Part shown: piece by piece, positions 37,371 to 55,754 of the stretch | Layout: each line of letters opens with the position of its first letter | How positions within the stretch are numbered: the first letter of the stretch is position 1 | Origin: Phaeosaccion multiseriatum | Taxonomy: Eukaryota; Protista; Ochrophyta, other classes | Assembly (NCBI GenBank): GCA_965112735.1 | Contig: OZ218955.1 | Coordinates: forward strand, 930,001 to 994,000 | DNA length: 64,000 nucleotides | Direction of reading: 5' to 3' | Notes under the pieces: model-generated | The model's database searches: none | What the model was told of the DNA's origin: nothing | The model's input: the letters and a program-made list of their open reading frames with translations, nothing else | Made by a program: the position numbers and the translations under genes

Positions 37371-38298
37371 CTCAGCCCAGCTCACTCGTAAATCCTCGTA
37401 TCCCCACTCCCACGAACAATCCCGCCACCTCCCGCCCAGCGCTACCCCGTGGCAGCTTGGCTGGCAGGCTCCAGCCCCTCGGTTGCACCGCTTTCCCTGT
37501 GGTAGGTAGCACCGGAAGCCTTTCTTTTCTACTTCCTGCCTGTTCCTTCTGTTCTTTGTCAAGCACAGAACAACCGGGCGCCAAGCCCGCCCAGTATCCG
37601 CGCAGCCTAACCCCTGCCCGCCCGCCGCTAGCGAGCGCCACCAGGAGCTCTAGCCCTTGTGGTGGATTACATGCAATGTCAGGAAGCCTCCCCTGCTCGG
37701 GCTGCGGTTGCCTGACACCCCATGTCACGTCCCTTGCCCTGTGGGGAATGCTGGAATGCCAATCTCGAGGGGCTGGGGCCGTCCTTTTAGGGGTTTTTTC
37801 AGTTTTTCGGGTCGGTAAATTGGCAAAATGCGTGATTTGCTCCCAAGTTGACGCGCTTTGCACGCTTTAGGTCGTCGGAATACATACGTCAACGAATCTG
37901 CTCTTCTGTTTCTGGGCCGTGACGTTATTTTGGTACGGCTCATAACGATAGATGGCACCAGAGGGCAATGTTGCTCCCGCCAGTGGTACAGTTATAGAAA
38001 AAAAAGAACAAAAAAACGAACCTGCTGATGTTGCTGCCTGCCGAGGGCAGGGAAGGCGCACAATGGATTACATGTCCTGCTGTATTCCTAACCTTTCCTT
38101 CCCCGGAGAGAAGAGAGTTCGCCTCTGCCTCTTTTTCGGCCCACCTCCTCCTCCTCCTCCTCCCCATCTCCCTCCTCCTTCTCCTCGCACCGGCACCGGG
38201 AAGAAAATTGTAAGACGGCAGCAACTCGCTGGGGGAGCCAGTGCCAGAGAGGAGAGAGATAAGGAGGGTTTGGGGGGGGGCGACTTTGCCTCAGTGCC

Positions 38299-39132
38299 AT
38301 GAGGGGCAAGGGGAAAGGGGGGGGGTATCAGAAGCTCGGAGGCGCACCCGAGCGTCCTCAAGAGAGATCCCGGAGCCCTCCTCACCGCAACCGATCACAA
38401 AAACAGCAGAAGCGGTCGCCGAAGCCGCCACCGCAAAAGAACGAGACTATCGCGAGGATCGGGAAGGGGCAGGGAAAGGAAAAGGCGAAGGGAAAGGGGA
38501 ATGGAGCTGCCGCTTCAAAAAGCTCCGGCGGGGCCGGCTGGAACCGCTTGACGGCATGTATCCTCGCTGTGTGCGGGCTTTGGCTCACCTCGCTGAGCAT
38601 GTCCGTGTACCTCACGCAAACCACAGCGCTCCCCGACAGCCCCGTCTTCATGTCGGTAATGGAGCTGCTAACTGCCAGCATTGCCTCCATGCAGACGGAG
38701 AGGGACGACTACTTGAGCTGCGAGGACCGCCAGCAGGCCCAGTGCACCAAAGAAATGGACAACTTCGAAACGGGTACGTGGTTACGAGTCGGTATGTGTG
38801 GCTGTGTGTGGCTGTGTGGGTACTCTTATGGTACCGTCCGAACGCATGACCTTCTACCCTTCTTGTCCCTCCATCCATCCATCCCTCCCTCCCTTTCTCC
38901 CCCTTTACCCCCCCCCCCCCTCCTGCCCTCCCTCTCTCCCTTCCTCCCTACCTTCCTTCCTCCCTCCCTCCCTCCCAGAGGTGAATGCGAAGTGGGCATA
39001 CGCAGTTGCCGCCAATTATGACATCCTGTCCGATCTGGAGGATACTGTACAGCGCTGCGAGGCGTCGCGGTGGGGGCTCGAGAAGGGCCTTAGGATCGCT
39101 AGGGCAACGGGTGAGTCCGTATGTGTGTGTGC

Positions 39133-39165
<33 letters not shown>

Positions 39166-39217
39166 CGAGTGTGTGTGTATGTGGTGTGTGTATATCTGTG
39201 TATGTATGTGTGTGTGC

Positions 39218-39268
<51 letters not shown>

Positions 39269-39302
39269 GTGTGTGTATATCTGTGTATGTATGTGTGTGT
39301 GC

Positions 39303-39339
<37 letters not shown>

Positions 39340-39856
39340 TGTGGTGTATATCTGTGTATGTGTGTGTGTGTGCGTTGTGTGTCTGTGCTCCAGAAGTAGG
39401 CCATGCATCAATTGAGGTGCAATGAAGTGTATGTGGGTTTCCAAACTGCATGGTCAAAACAACCTCTTACCATCCACCCCCCTCTTCTCCCCACCCCATA
39501 CACCCAATCACCCAAACAGGCACAGTAAGCTCCTACAACTGCAGCGCCGACCAGCAGCTCACCCTCTCCTCTCTCCTGGGTATGGGTGACCTCTCCACCA
39601 ATGACACAGACGAGTCCCTCGCCAGCCTAACAGGAGCGGCTCGGAACTTCACCGACACCTCACACCGTATGTACACGGACCTCTTGGAGTATGCGGTTGC
39701 TCGCTCAAAGTACGATGCTTCTTATCTGAGCAATCAGACCACGGCGATGGTGGAGAGATCGACAGAGCTCATCGCAGAGGTGGGTAGTGCATGGGCAGGC
39801 AGGGGCGTGAGCAGGTAGGGGGTACACACCGCGCCCTGACACCAACACACACCCAT

Positions 39857-39908
<52 letters not shown>

Positions 39909-42900
39909 TTACATACATACCCACCCACGCGCACACACGCACACACGCACTCCCCCCCCCCCTCTGCAGGCCTCAAGCAAGATGACGGCCTATCTGGAGA
40001 CATCCTTCGACCAACTAGTGTCTGACGCAGAGACAATGGTGGGGTGCATAAGCATGAGCGATCCGGAGGGGTGCCCCATACGAGGCATTGTAAGCTCCCG
40101 GATGGCCTTTGACGCCACCGTGAGGAGTGCCCAGACAAATGTGGATAATCTGGTGGAGGAGGTGGAGGAGATCAAGGCCGAGCTGGAGGAGTGGGCCGAG
40201 GCGCTGGAGGTATGATGAGATTTTAGGAATCCGTGTGGGGGGACTTTGTTGACTTGTTAGGAATCAACCTAAGAATTACGTAATTGTGTGCGTGTGTGGG
40301 TGCGTGAGGAGGGGAGGGGGGGAGGTCCTCTGGACAGGGGGACTCTCGCTCCAGTAAGGGCTCATGGACTGAAACCCAAACCAGCCTCTGCTTAGCTGTG
40401 TCTTCGCCCCTCTTCTCTTCTCTGCCCTGGTCTTATTTTCCATCACCGTATCTCCTCCCCTCCTCTTCCCCCCTCCCCCTATCCTCCCATCCCTTCCCCT
40501 CCCTCCCCTCCCCCTCCCCGTTGTCCTCCTCCTCCTTCTGCTCTTCCTCCCCTCCCCTCCCCGCCCCTCCCCCTCTGCTCTCCCTCTCCTGGTCAGGAAT
40601 ACGCCGCGAATGTGTTGGCCGCCTTCTACAGAGCTGTCGATTTCTGGGAAGGAGTTGCTGACTTTCTGGAAAGTGTACCGTACTTCCCTTTCAAGATGAG
40701 GTGAGCGAGTTGGTGATACAGGTGTGGCTTGTTTTTACTTGTTTTTCAAAGGATATCTCCAGCTCCAGTCGCGCAAGTACAAACACAACACCCCAACCAC
40801 CCGCCACACACATGCACACACACACACACACACGCACACACATACATACATACACACACACACAAACACATACACAACAGCCTGGGGTCGTGGGCCGACA
40901 CTACCATCGGAGACTTTTGGGCCACAGAGGTTACACTTCCCTACTACTTCGATAATCCCACCTCCCTCATCACCCTGCCCAGCGGGGACGAGCTTTGGGA
41001 TGAAGTATCGAGTGTTGCGGAGGAGATGCAGGCTAACATACCGCTCACACACACCAAGGTGGGTGGGTGGGTGGGTGGGTGGGTGGGTGGGTGTCAGGAC
41101 AGTGGATGGTAGTGCATGGCGGTGGATGGCAGTGGATGGCAGTGGATGGCAGTGGATGGCAGTGGGTGGGTGTGTGGAGGAGACGCAGGCAAAATTCCTC
41201 TCACGCCCACCAAGGTGGGTAGGAGGGTGGATGGCAGTGGATGGCAGTGGATGGCAGTGGGTAGGAGGTTGGGTGTCCGGACAGTGCCTGTCAGGATTGA
41301 GGGTGGGAGGATATCAGGACAGTGCAAGGACGTCAGGACAGTGGGTGGGTGTCAAGACAGTGAGTGGGTGTCACAACAGTGAGTGGGTGTCACAACAGTG
41401 GACGGGTGTCAGGACAGTGGGTGGGTGCCAGGACAGTGAGTGGGTGTCAGGACATCGGGTGGGAGTCAGGACAGTGGGTGGGTGTCCGGACATTGGGTGT
41501 GTGTCAGGACAGTGGGTGGGTGTCAGGACAGTGGGTGTGTGTCAGGACAGGGGGTGGGTGTCAGGACAGTGGGTGGGTGTCAGGACAGGGGGTGGTTGTC
41601 AGGACAGTGGGTGGGTGTCAGGACAGGGGGTGCGTGTCAGGACAGTGGGTGGGTGTCAGGACAGGGGGCGGGTGTCAGGACAGTGGGTGGGTGTCAGGAC
41701 AGTGGGTGGGTGTCAGGACAGTGGGTGTGTGTCAGGACAGGGGGTGCGTGTCAGGACAGTGGGTAGGTGTCAGGACAGTGGGTGGGTGTCAGGACAGGGG
41801 GTGTGTGTCAGGACAGTGGGTGTGTGTCAGGACAGTGGGTTTGTGTCAGGACAGTGGGTGGGGAAGGTGTCAGGACAGTAAATTTGTGTCAGGACATTGG
41901 AGAGTCTGTGTGAGAGATGCGGGCCAACATGCTCTTTCTCTCACGCACGCGCACGCACACACGGACACACACACACACTCCCCAACATATCGACGACTCT
42001 CTCTCTCTCCCTCCCTCCCCTCCCCCCCCCCCCTCTCTCTCCCTCTCCCTCTCTCCCCCCCCCTCCCTCTCTCTTGTGCCACTCGAGCAGCTTCAAGGCT
42101 ACATGGAAGATCTTGAGGCCGATCTTCGAGTTGAGGTTTCCGCGTTGACGGAGCTCGAAGGCTACGACCCTCCCCTCTATAACACGACCGAGGTGGAGGT
42201 GCAGCTGCAGAGCCTGGAACAAGCATACAATGAGCAGGTAGGTAGGTGGGTAGGTGGGTAGGGAGGTGGGTGGGTGGGTAGGTTGGTAGGTCGGTGGATA
42301 CGTAGGGAAGGGAGAGAGGAAGGAGGTAGGTGGGTAGGTGGGTAGGTGGGCAGGTGGGCAGGTATGTAAATTGGTAGGTAGTAGGTGGGTAGGTGGGTAG
42401 GTAGGCGGTTTGGTGGTAAAGTGAGCTAGTTGTACAGTCAAGTGCCAAGATCAGGTTCAGGTTGGTTCAGTTTCATCCTCCTCCTCCCCCCCTCCTCCTA
42501 CTCCCCATACTCACAGATGGCGATCCAGGAGGAGTACTTTGCTGACGAAGCCGCCGCTGCCATGGCCATCGCCAATGCCGCAGCTGCCCTCAACGGCACG
42601 AGCCCCTCTCCAAGCACCACTTTCAATGTGTCGGCCATGGTCAACTCCGCTTCACAGCAGTACACGCAATCGTGAGTGAAGCTTGGTAGAGGGAGGGAGG
42701 GAGGGAGGGAGCTGAGTGTCTCTCTCTCCTCTACCTCTCTCCCTCCCTCTCTCTCTCTCTCCCTCTTTCCCTCTCTTTCTCTCTCTCATTCTCCCTCCCC
42801 ACTCTGCTCCCTCTCTCCCTCCCCCCCTCCCCTCCCCTCCCTCCCTCCCTCCCTGCCTCCCTCCCTCCCTGCCTCCCTCCCTCCCTGCTTCCCCCACCTC

Positions 42901-45899
42901 TCAGTGAGACCCCTGGCTACTTCCTCGCTTCCTTTACTGGTGCCGGCGTGGAACTATCGGATTGGATGTGGCGCTTCTCTCTCCTCTCCTCGGCCCTCTT
43001 TTGCGCCGATATCTTGATCCGCAGTCTGAGCTCTGTTCGCACTATTGTACGGTTTTGGAAGGTGAGTGAGAGGCCAGCTCAGCTGAGCAGTTGGTTGGTT
43101 TCGATTGGTTTAGGTTGGGTTGGGCCGGATTGGGTTGCGTTGGATTGCAGCCCAGCTCTTACACCAGAACAAGCTCCAGCCTCTGCCGAGGAGAACCTCC
43201 CCATATGCCTCTAATCTTCCTCCCTCCCCCCCCCCTTTCCTCCCCTTCTCTCCCTCCCCCCCCCCCTTCTGTCCCTCCCTTCCTTCCTTCCATCCCTCCC
43301 TCCCTCCATCCCCTCTCCTCCCTCCCTCCCTCCCTACCTCCCCCCTGCCCCCCCCTCCCTTCCACCCTCCCCTCCCCTCACAGGGAGGAGGCAGTGGGTT
43401 TATGCCCCACACTGACATGCGTGCCGCTGACCCTGCCGTCAAGTTCAACTGCTGCGGTGGATCCAACGCCCTAGGAGCAGCAGCCTGCATGCCCTTCCTC
43501 AAGGCGCTTGTTCACCCCTTCACGCAGATGACCTTTGTGCTGCTCGTGGGATCCTTCATCTCTCTCCAAATTGCAAGTAAGGCCGTGTGACTCTCTCTGT
43601 CTTGCTTCTCTCCCTCCCACACACACACCGTCTCTCTGTCTTTCTGGCTCTCTCTTTCTTTCTCTCTCTCTCTCCTCTCTTTCTCTCTCTCTCTCTCTCT
43701 CCTCTCTTTCTCTCTCTCTCTCTCTCTCTCTGCTTCTCTCGCTTCCGCTCCCTCTCTCTCTAGGCTTCTACTCTCCCCTGTTCCACGCCTACCGCGACGG
43801 CTGCGTGCTGCACCGAGAAGGTAGTAACGGTACCTTCCTCACACAGAACGCTTTCTCACTCGCTTTCAACTACGCAGCCACGCCGGGGCAGGTACGCGCG
43901 CACATGTTAGGGCCTTCCTGTCCATCAATGCATCAACACAACCAACCAACCAACCAACCAGCCAACCAGCCAACCAGCCAACCAACCATACAACCCACCA
44001 ACCCACTACCCAACCCACCAACCAACTAACCACCCAACCAACCAACCGACCAACCAATCAATGCACCAACCAACCGACCAACCAACCAACCAACAAACCA
44101 ACCAATCAACCAACCAACTAACCACCCAACCACCCAACCAACCAATCAACCAACCAACCAACCAACCAACAAACAGATCAACCAACCAACCAACCAACCA
44201 ACAAACCAACCAACCAACCAACCAACAAACCAATCAACCAACACAACCAACCATTTAACCAACCAAACCAACCAAACAAACAACCCTCCCACCTACCAAC
44301 CTCCCAACCAACCGCTTTAAAATGAATGAATTGTTTAAATGATTAAATTAGGAGAGTCACTGGGACTTCTATCACGAGTCCGAGGCGAGGAGAGATAAGC
44401 TTTGCATGGCCATGCAGAGTGGGGAGTGGACCACACAGGTGAGTCAGTCTCAGTTTCAGTTTCGGTTTTCACTTCAGTTTTAGTTTTAGTTTCGCTTTCT
44501 TAGCCCCGGGCCGACCTCGCTCCGAGTGGCGAAGCCCCCGGCCGCTGACGAAGGTCTTGACCTACCCACGTGTGCTTCCAGCAGTTGGGCAGGAGCATGG
44601 CACCGCAGCACGGGGTTGGTATGAGTGGTCTGAGTGGGTGGGTGTGTGAAACTCTGACGGATTTTTGAATTTTTTCCTTTTTTTCTTTTGAGGGGGGGGG
44701 TACTTACTGACTTAGTAGGAATCTCCTAACAAACTGAAAGTGTGTACCAACCCATCAACCAACGACTTGCCCATCCACCCACCACGTCTACATTCACTGC
44801 CATCCCACCTCCCATCCATCTACTGCCAACCTTTCTTAAGGCGGTGCGGGCAAAGCAACTGGTACAGATCCAAGAGCAGCGCAGCGAGGAGGCAGCCCTC
44901 ATGGCCGAGTGTGTCCCAATGGCTGCTGTACTACCAACTGCCACAGAAGAGGGAGAGACAGAGGGAGGGGAGGAGGAGGAGAAGGAGACAGAGGAGGGGG
45001 AGGGGGAGGAGGAGGAGCAGAAGGAGGAGGAGGAGGAGGGGGGGGGAGGGCTGGCTTATAATACCGCCGCAACCGAGTGGGCAGAGGCGTGCGAGAACCC
45101 GGTGGACGAGGGCTGGGAGGAGCGCCTATCCTACCCAGGGGGACAGACGGGGATGGAGGACGTGTACATTCCTGTGTGTGCAGACGCGCCTGTCTGCAGA
45201 ATCACTTGCCAAGGGCCCAGCCCTATTCTGCTAAAGGTGAAAAGGCGGTTGGAATGTGTGTGTGTGTGTGTGTGTATGTTTGTGGTTGTGTGTGTGTATG
45301 CACGACGGGCTCAACGCTCTTTCCCGTTTCCACCCCTTCCCCTCCTTCCTCCCCCTCCACCATCCCCCTTCCCCCTCCCCCTTTCTTTCTCCCCTCCCTC
45401 TCCTTCTCCGCCCCCTTCCCCTCCCTCCCTCCCTCCCTCCTCCCTCATCCCCCTCCCACGTTCTCCTGCCCCTCCTCCCCCTATCGCCCCCCAACCCAAC
45501 CCAACCCTAACACAGGCCCAAGCCGAGCAATTGTGCTGCACCGCAGAATGGTGGCTACACGCTCAATGGCTGGGGTTTGCCGTCTCCCTCTTCACCTTCC
45601 TCTGTCTCAACACCTCACGCCTCATCATCCAATCGGGACTCCTTCGCATGCACTGGCGAAGTCTACGCCCTTTCACCCTCACGTACCTCGCCAGCTGTGA
45701 CGCCAATGAGGGCCATCGTATGATTGCCCAGCGCGGTCAGGTGCTTTCTCGCTCGGTGCACCGAACGATTGTAAAGTATGAGTCGACTGCCTGCCTGATG
45801 GTCGGGGTGGGGTTACTTGTCAACTTGCCTTGGTTGTGGGGTCTGGTGATGTTGGGTCAGCAGTCGTTGGCTTGGGTGCCCTCCGCGGGGTTAGAGTGA
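38299..45899 (+). CDS. Uncharacterised ~1000-aa multipass (5 TM) membrane glycoprotein with two large Cys-containing loops; ~14 exons
   Basis: In-frame exon chain between microsatellite introns. Hydrophobic segments [93 protein letters not shown]; many N-x-S/T sequons in loop 1. Confidence 0.75.
41270..41897. repeat. ~18-19 nt minisatellite (GGGTGTCAGGACAGTGGGT-like), intronic
   Basis: About 30 tandem units with conserved GTCAGGACA core. Confidence 0.93.
43940..44312. repeat. (CCAA)n microsatellite, intronic
   Basis: Degenerate accaaccaac tract. Confidence 0.93.
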
Positions 45900-46081
45900 T
45901 GGAGTAGATAGGGCTGTGGTGGTGGGTTGTGTGGTGAAGAGGGAGGAAGACGAGGGGAGACGCGGGGGGTGCTGATCGCGTGTGGAGGACGCAGAGGAGG
46001 CCGTAGAGAGACACTCAGCAGGAGGGAGAGCGGGGGGCAACCCCCACCATCATCGCGTGCATACATACATACATACATACA

Positions 46082-46115
<34 letters not shown>

Positions 46116-46383
46116 CATACATACTTACATACATACATACATACATACATACGTAAGGGTTACAAAGAGTGCTCCTATTCCTCGAGCATGCCTTCCTTCC
46201 CTCCCTCTCTCTCTACCCATATGCCTCTCTCCTCTCTGCCCATCTGCCTCTCTCTACCCCCCTCTCTCTCTCTGCCCACGTGCCTCTCTCTCTGCCAATA
46301 TACCTCTCTTCCTGGGTTGAGCTAAAGCTTCCTGGCTCACTGGCACTCACTGGCATCTTCATCCTGCTAATGATGTACCACTA

Positions 46384-46415
<32 letters not shown>

Positions 46416-46907
46416 GTATCATCACCTCCGTCCGCCAAGGCTCGGAGGCCTCCCTTCCAACCCTGTCAACACCGTAACTGTCAACAGTCGTAACTGCCAA
46501 CATTCGTAAGGGCCTTCCTTCCCTTCCAACTCTGTCAACAATGGCGCTTCCTCCCTCCACTACTGTCAACAGTAGTAAGGCCCGCGGTCTGAAGGCGAGG
46601 TGTGAAGGCCCGACACATCTGAAGGGTTTGAGCCTGAGCCGCTTGTCATGGGTGGCGCTGCTTTGCTCTACTCCGTCCCATGTCCACACACTCCGCGTGC
46701 AACGGACCGGTTGACTGGCTGACCAACCGACCAACCGACCAACCGACCGACAGGCTGACCGACAGGCTGACCGACCGACTGACTGACTGGCCTGCCACAC
46801 ATCTCCAGTAGGCATATCATATCCCTTCATCGTAGAGACACGCACCCCTCACACCTCCCTGTTCAGTGTGTATGAAGACTCAACACTGTTAGACCCGCAC
46901 ACAGTCC

Positions 46908-47560
46908 TCACAACTCGTTGTAGAGAGTATCAAGATTCTCCGTGTCCACTTTGCTCCAATGCGGCGCCTGCATGGGCAGCTTCTCCGGATCCAAAGCGGG
47001 GAAGGTCTGAAAGATGGCAGTGGACACCGCTGCAAACACCTTGTCGTTACCGGAGGCGGAAAGGTGGACGCCGTCGGTGGTATGGAGGAAGGCTTGCTCT
47101 TGCTCGCCGCTGCCGAGGGCTGAGTACACATCCACCACGGTCACGGAGGCTTCCGCGCCCACCTTGGGGGGGGAGAGGGAGGGGAGGGAGAGGAGGGGGA
47201 GAGGAAGGAAGGAAGGAAAGGAGGGAGGGAGCAAGCGAGCGAGGGAGGGAGGAAGGGAGGGACGGACGGACGGACGGACGGACGGACGGAGGGAGGGAGG
47301 GAGGGAGGGAGGGAGGGAGGGAGGGAGGGAGGGAGGGAGGGAGGGAGGGAGGGAGGGAGGGCGGGAGGGAGGGAGGGAGGGAGGGAGGGAGGGAGGGAGG
47401 GAGGCGGGGGGGGAGGGAGGGGGGGAGGACAAATGAATCAATACACGGGACGGTAGGTCAGGCAATGACGGTACATGCAGAGAGAGAAAAAAAATAATAA
47501 GATGAGAAAAGATTTAAGACAGCAGAGAGATAGAGATGGAGAGAAGAGAAGGACGTAAAT

Positions 47561-47629
<69 letters not shown>

Positions 47630-49024
47630 TGATTGGGACTGGCTGTGGATGGATGGCAGTGGACGGGACGGGGATGTATCTACCTCTCTGACCGCTTGTA
47701 CGATGCTCTCTGCACGGGGCAGGTCTCTCTCAGTGGTCTGACCCTGCGCCTCGCGGTGCTCAATCCATTTGCCTGACAGGGGAGAGGGGGTGGGAAGGAT
47801 GGATGGATGGGTGGAGGGAGGGGGAAAGAGAGAGAGGGAGGAAGATGAACACCCAGGTCGAGGCGGCCGAGGCCGAGTGCTGAGCAGAAAGGGAGGAGGA
47901 GGGACGAGACATGTTGCCCACGCTCAAGCTGACAAAGCACGCACGCACCCATAGAGAGGGGCTCTCGAAGCCGATGAGGAGAGCTCGCAAAGCCCAGACT
48001 CCCTATGCATTTCCTCCTGCTTCCTCCCTCGCTCTCCGCCTCTCTCCTACCCTCTCCCTCCCCTCCCTCCCTCTCCCCTCATTTCCTCCATCTCCCTCTC
48101 TCCCTCTCCCTCCCTCCCTCCCTCCCTCTACTTCCTTTCCCCTCCTCTCCCGTCCCCTACTCCCTCCCTCCCTCCCCGTCCCTCCCCTCCCCTTGTACAC
48201 ACACCTGCATGGAAGGGCGGAGGTGTGAGCAGCAGCAGGGCCGCCTGTGGGTGATTGGCCCGTGCAATGGAGATGATTGCATGCATGTTTGCCTTGAACT
48301 CTTCCACAGGGACATGCTGGAGAGCTCCGGCTATGACGGCGTCGTTGGCGCCCCAAAAGAGGGTGATGAGGCGAACTGGGTGGGTGGGTGGGTGGGTGGG
48401 AGGGGACGGGGAAGGAGAGAAGGTGCCGGGGGGTTTGGAGGGGAGGGAGGTATGGAGGAGGAGGAGTTGAGGGGAACGGTCGGTCGGGGTGCAAGAGAGA
48501 GGGAGGGAAAGAGAGGGAGAGGGAGAAAGAGAGAGAAAGCGAAGTGAGAGAGAGGAAGATGACAGGGGGAGACAGATTAGGGGGAAACAGAGGGAGAGGG
48601 AAGGGGAGAGAGAGAGCAAGGGAAGTCCTTGTGGGTGAGGTGGGCCCTTTAGTCCACATACACGCCTGTGCCTAAGCCCTGCCCGTCGGGGCGGTCAGGG
48701 CCAGTGAGGAACAGGAGAGGGCAGTTCCTTCGGCTCCAGTCCAATTGACCTCGATATAGACCTCGATCTAGAGCTATCGTACACTGTATGTCGATCGAAT
48801 GCTTACCTTTTCTGTTGCTGCCCTTTGGTGTGGGGGCAAGGATTTTGGGTGCCATTTTGAGCCCCCACCGACTCGTGTATCCACCGAAGCCGCGGTTGAC
48901 CTGAGGGAGGGTAAAGAGATGAGGCAGGGGGGGGGGGGGGGGAGACGGGAGGAAGGAAGACGAAAAGAGAGAATGAAAGACACGAGTACGAAAGACGATG
49001 GAAGACAAAAACAAGAGGAACAAG

Positions 49025-49070
<46 letters not shown>

Positions 49071-49474
49071 AGAGAGAGAGAGACCAACACAGCTATCAAT
49101 TTGCGCAGAGCAGGAAAGTCATCTGCTCTTTCCCCTCGGAGCTCATATCCGTTTTTCCCTTCCTTTCCCAAATCCTGCCGTCCGACTTTCTTCTCTATCC
49201 GGCACTCAACTCACTCACTCACCACATCCAGCCTCCTCTGGAAGAGATGCTGCAGCTGAGCGGACCAGCCGTTCTCGTGCACGTTGAATCCGTACTGCGT
49301 GAGCGAGTCTCCGAAGCAGATAACTAACTCTCTTGAAGCCTCCTCCTCCATCCTGACGGATGGAGACGAGGGTGAGAAGTAGATGCGATGCAAAAGTGCC
49401 CCCAGATACAGCCCCAGCGACCCCCCGATGAGGAAGGAGCTCTTTAAGCCCAGGCTGGAACGCGACGCGGACAT
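46908..49474 (-). CDS. IAH1: SGNH/GDSL esterase, isoamyl acetate-hydrolysing esterase 1-like
   Basis: Block I FGDSLTQ; DV|VNRGFGGYTSRW; block III FWGANDA; LLTPPP; block V DGVHLS; C-terminal P.W motif. N-terminal hydrophobic segment FLIGGSLGLYLGALL. Confidence 0.88.
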
Positions 49475-49584
49475 TGCAGAGCGTGGCTCGTAGCGCAAGA
49501 GCGATGAGCAAAGTGGAATGCTGGAAGGCAAGGGGGGCCCGCCGATTTTGTTGACATATAATCCTACTCCATCCGATTTAAGTC

Positions 49585-49904
49585 CGATTTCGCGGTTGAG
49601 TGGCACTTTTGACTTTTGACGCCCCAAATGACGATTTTTTTGACGACGTTTGACGACGCTTTTTAGCCCCCTATTTGACGCCCTTTGACGCCCTTTTATC
49701 TTAATTCGCCTTAATTTCGTCTAAAAAAAATCACGTAAAAAAAAATCACGGAAAAGGGCGTCAAAGAGCGTCAAAGAGCGTCAAAAGGCGTCAAAGGGCG
49801 TCAAATAGTGGGCTAAAGCGTCGTCAAACGTCGTCAAAAAAATCGTCATTTGGCGTCAAAAAAAATTAATGGGGCGTCAAAAGTGCCACTCAACCGCGAA
49901 ATCG
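49585..49904. mobile_element. ~320-bp palindromic MITE/foldback-like element
   Basis: 29-bp perfect TIR CGATTTCGCGGTTGAGTGGCACTTTTGAC...GTCAAAAGTGCCACTCAACCGCGAAATCG, extended imperfect inverted arms of ~110 bp, AT-rich centre, no ORF. Confidence 0.75.
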
Positions 49905-50297
49905 CAGTATCCTTGTCTAAAGGCAAAGAGGGACGAGGTAGTGTTGGGAGAAGAAGAGGTAGGAGGTCCTTCGTGGTTATTCGTGAGAAATGCTAACCCT
50001 AAACTAAGTTCTGTCTGTGGTGTGTGTCGTGAAACAGGTGACTTCTCATGCGGCGGAGAAGCCACTCCGGTCGGTCTCTATATACGTATACACTACGTCT
50101 AAACTTCCAAACGCCTAAGGATGGATGCCACACCTTCTCCCTCTTCCCATGTGCCCATCCGCTCCAACACATTCGGACCATCTATCAGCCTATCAAGTAA
50201 TCTTAAATAGACACTTGCAACTAAATGCAGGGAGAAGAACCACCCATCTATCAGCCTGGTAGCCTATCAAGTATTCTTAGGTAGACACTTGAGGACA

Positions 50298-55754
<5,457 letters not shown>

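Noticed and set aside
41270-41897. CRISPR-like periodic array (also 21765-21900 and 61005-61260)
   Set aside because: No unique spacers, no cas genes, eukaryotic intronic context: these are minisatellites.
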